Source of the DNA: an uncultured virus (IMG/VR IMGVR_UViG_3300025126_000736) | Taxonomy: Duplodnaviria > Heunggongvirae > Uroviricota > Caudoviricetes | Length of the DNA stretch: 57,774 nt | Reading direction: 5' to 3' (one strand) | Virus record (IMG/VR): IMGVR_UViG_3300025126_000736 | Part shown: positions 57,083-57,774 of the stretch, piece after piece | How positions within the stretch are numbered: the stretch's first letter is position 1 | Layout of the letters: each line of letters opens with the position of its first letter | Program-made: the position numbers and the translations under genes | Notes under the pieces: model-generated | Databases searched by the model: none | Told to the model about the DNA's origin: nothing | The model's input: the letters and a program-made list of their open reading frames with translations, nothing else

Positions 57083-57351
57083 GTGAATCTCTACCACCAA
57101 ATTAAACAAGTTTAATTATGGAAGTAGCTTCTATAATTGAATGCAGTTCCCTAGGGATAGCCACATCCAATCGAAGACGATTGTCACTATCAAAAAAAAA
57201 GGCATTCAAGTGATAAATGTTTTCTCTTGATAAGTTGCCAATTATATTATAAATAATTAACAAAGTCAACAATTATTTATAGAAAACAAAATCGAAATTC
57301 ATCCCCACCCAAATCAAAGATTATGGATGGAGTGTTATTTCGGTCTTATCG
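57083..57351 (+). mobile_element. Non-coding IS200/IS605-type miniature element
   Basis: Left end GTGAAT plus a hairpin similar to 28271..28320; right-end hairpin ATCCCCACCC...GGATGGAGTG followed by ATAAA. Confidence 0.6.
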
Positions 57352-57420
57352 ATAAAATTTCAACAAAAAAAGAGCCAAAAAAAGGCTCTTACATTGGGTA
57401 TTTATTAAAAAATATATAAT

Positions 57421-57774
57421 TTAATAATTATCAATATTGCTATCAAGGACTTCCGTAAGATTGGAAAAGAAAATCATTGTTAAGACTTTAATATTGACAT
57501 TATTAATGTCAAAAAGTCTTACAGTATAAGAGTCATCAGCAATCAATTCAATATTAACGCAACCAGAGTGTAATTTTCCAGACACCTTAAAGGTTAATCC
57601 TCCTAAAACATGATCGTCTTCTGCATTAAGTCCAGAAGGTAAGGCGACAGGTTCTAGTAAGTTCCAATCTAGAATACATTGAGATCCAATTTTGCCATCT
57701 TCAGAATGACCTAATTTAATTTGATTTAAAATTATATTAGCGATAGAACTATTTTTTTTATTTAAATTGCGCAT
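57421..57774 (-). CDS. Hypothetical protein (phage-type)
   Basis: GGLTFKVSG..H.G.V.I.L...D.Y.V; reaches the window edge. Confidence 0.55.
   Translation of the reverse strand: MRNLNKKNSSIANIILNQIKLGHSEDGKIGSQCILDWNLLEPVALPSGLNAEDDHVLGGLTFKVSGKLHSGCVNIELIADDSYTVRLFDINNVNIKVLTMIFFSNLTEVLDSNIDNY

Noticed and set aside
1..57774. Classification as a tailed-phage structural region or a eukaryotic giant virus (because of the ankyrins)
   Set aside because: No capsid, terminase or tail genes recognised; SD sequences, sigma70 promoters, CCA-encoding bacterial tRNAs and an iteron Rep indicate a bacterial replicon

Overview
Very AT-rich window from a large extrachromosomal element. An iteron-type Rep/origin (13.2-14.5 kb) points to a megaplasmid or phage-plasmid; no virion genes are recognisable here. 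It carries phage-like accessory genes: nrdDG, adenylate kinase, two RNA-ligase-family proteins, RNase H, ITPase, NADAR-like, HD and HAD hydrolases, SpeD and a CDF transporter. It also has many ankyrin-like and orphan proteins, an intact IscB element with three omegaRNA-bearing derivatives, TnpB remnants and two tandem tRNA arrays (Asn/Lys and Ser/His). Main finding: five unannotated short leader ORFs precede the tRNA blocks. Each is enriched in codons for the amino acids of the tRNAs downstream (MKTFKSKKSKKP before Lys; two Asn-rich leaders before Asn; MKNINSHYSAYSLHSSSKHI and MFNFKAHSHSHSSSSSSSSVFLCLMQT before Ser/His). Each is followed by the same set of mutually exclusive hairpins ending in an intrinsic terminator. 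This looks like ribosome-mediated transcription attenuation of tRNA genes by their own charged-tRNA supply. Second finding: about 18 mostly unrelated proteins end in a shared [K/N]-[I/L/V]-x-x-F motif, and five secreted proteins share a post-signal-peptide motif. All protein-family calls are from motif recognition by eye; no searches were run.
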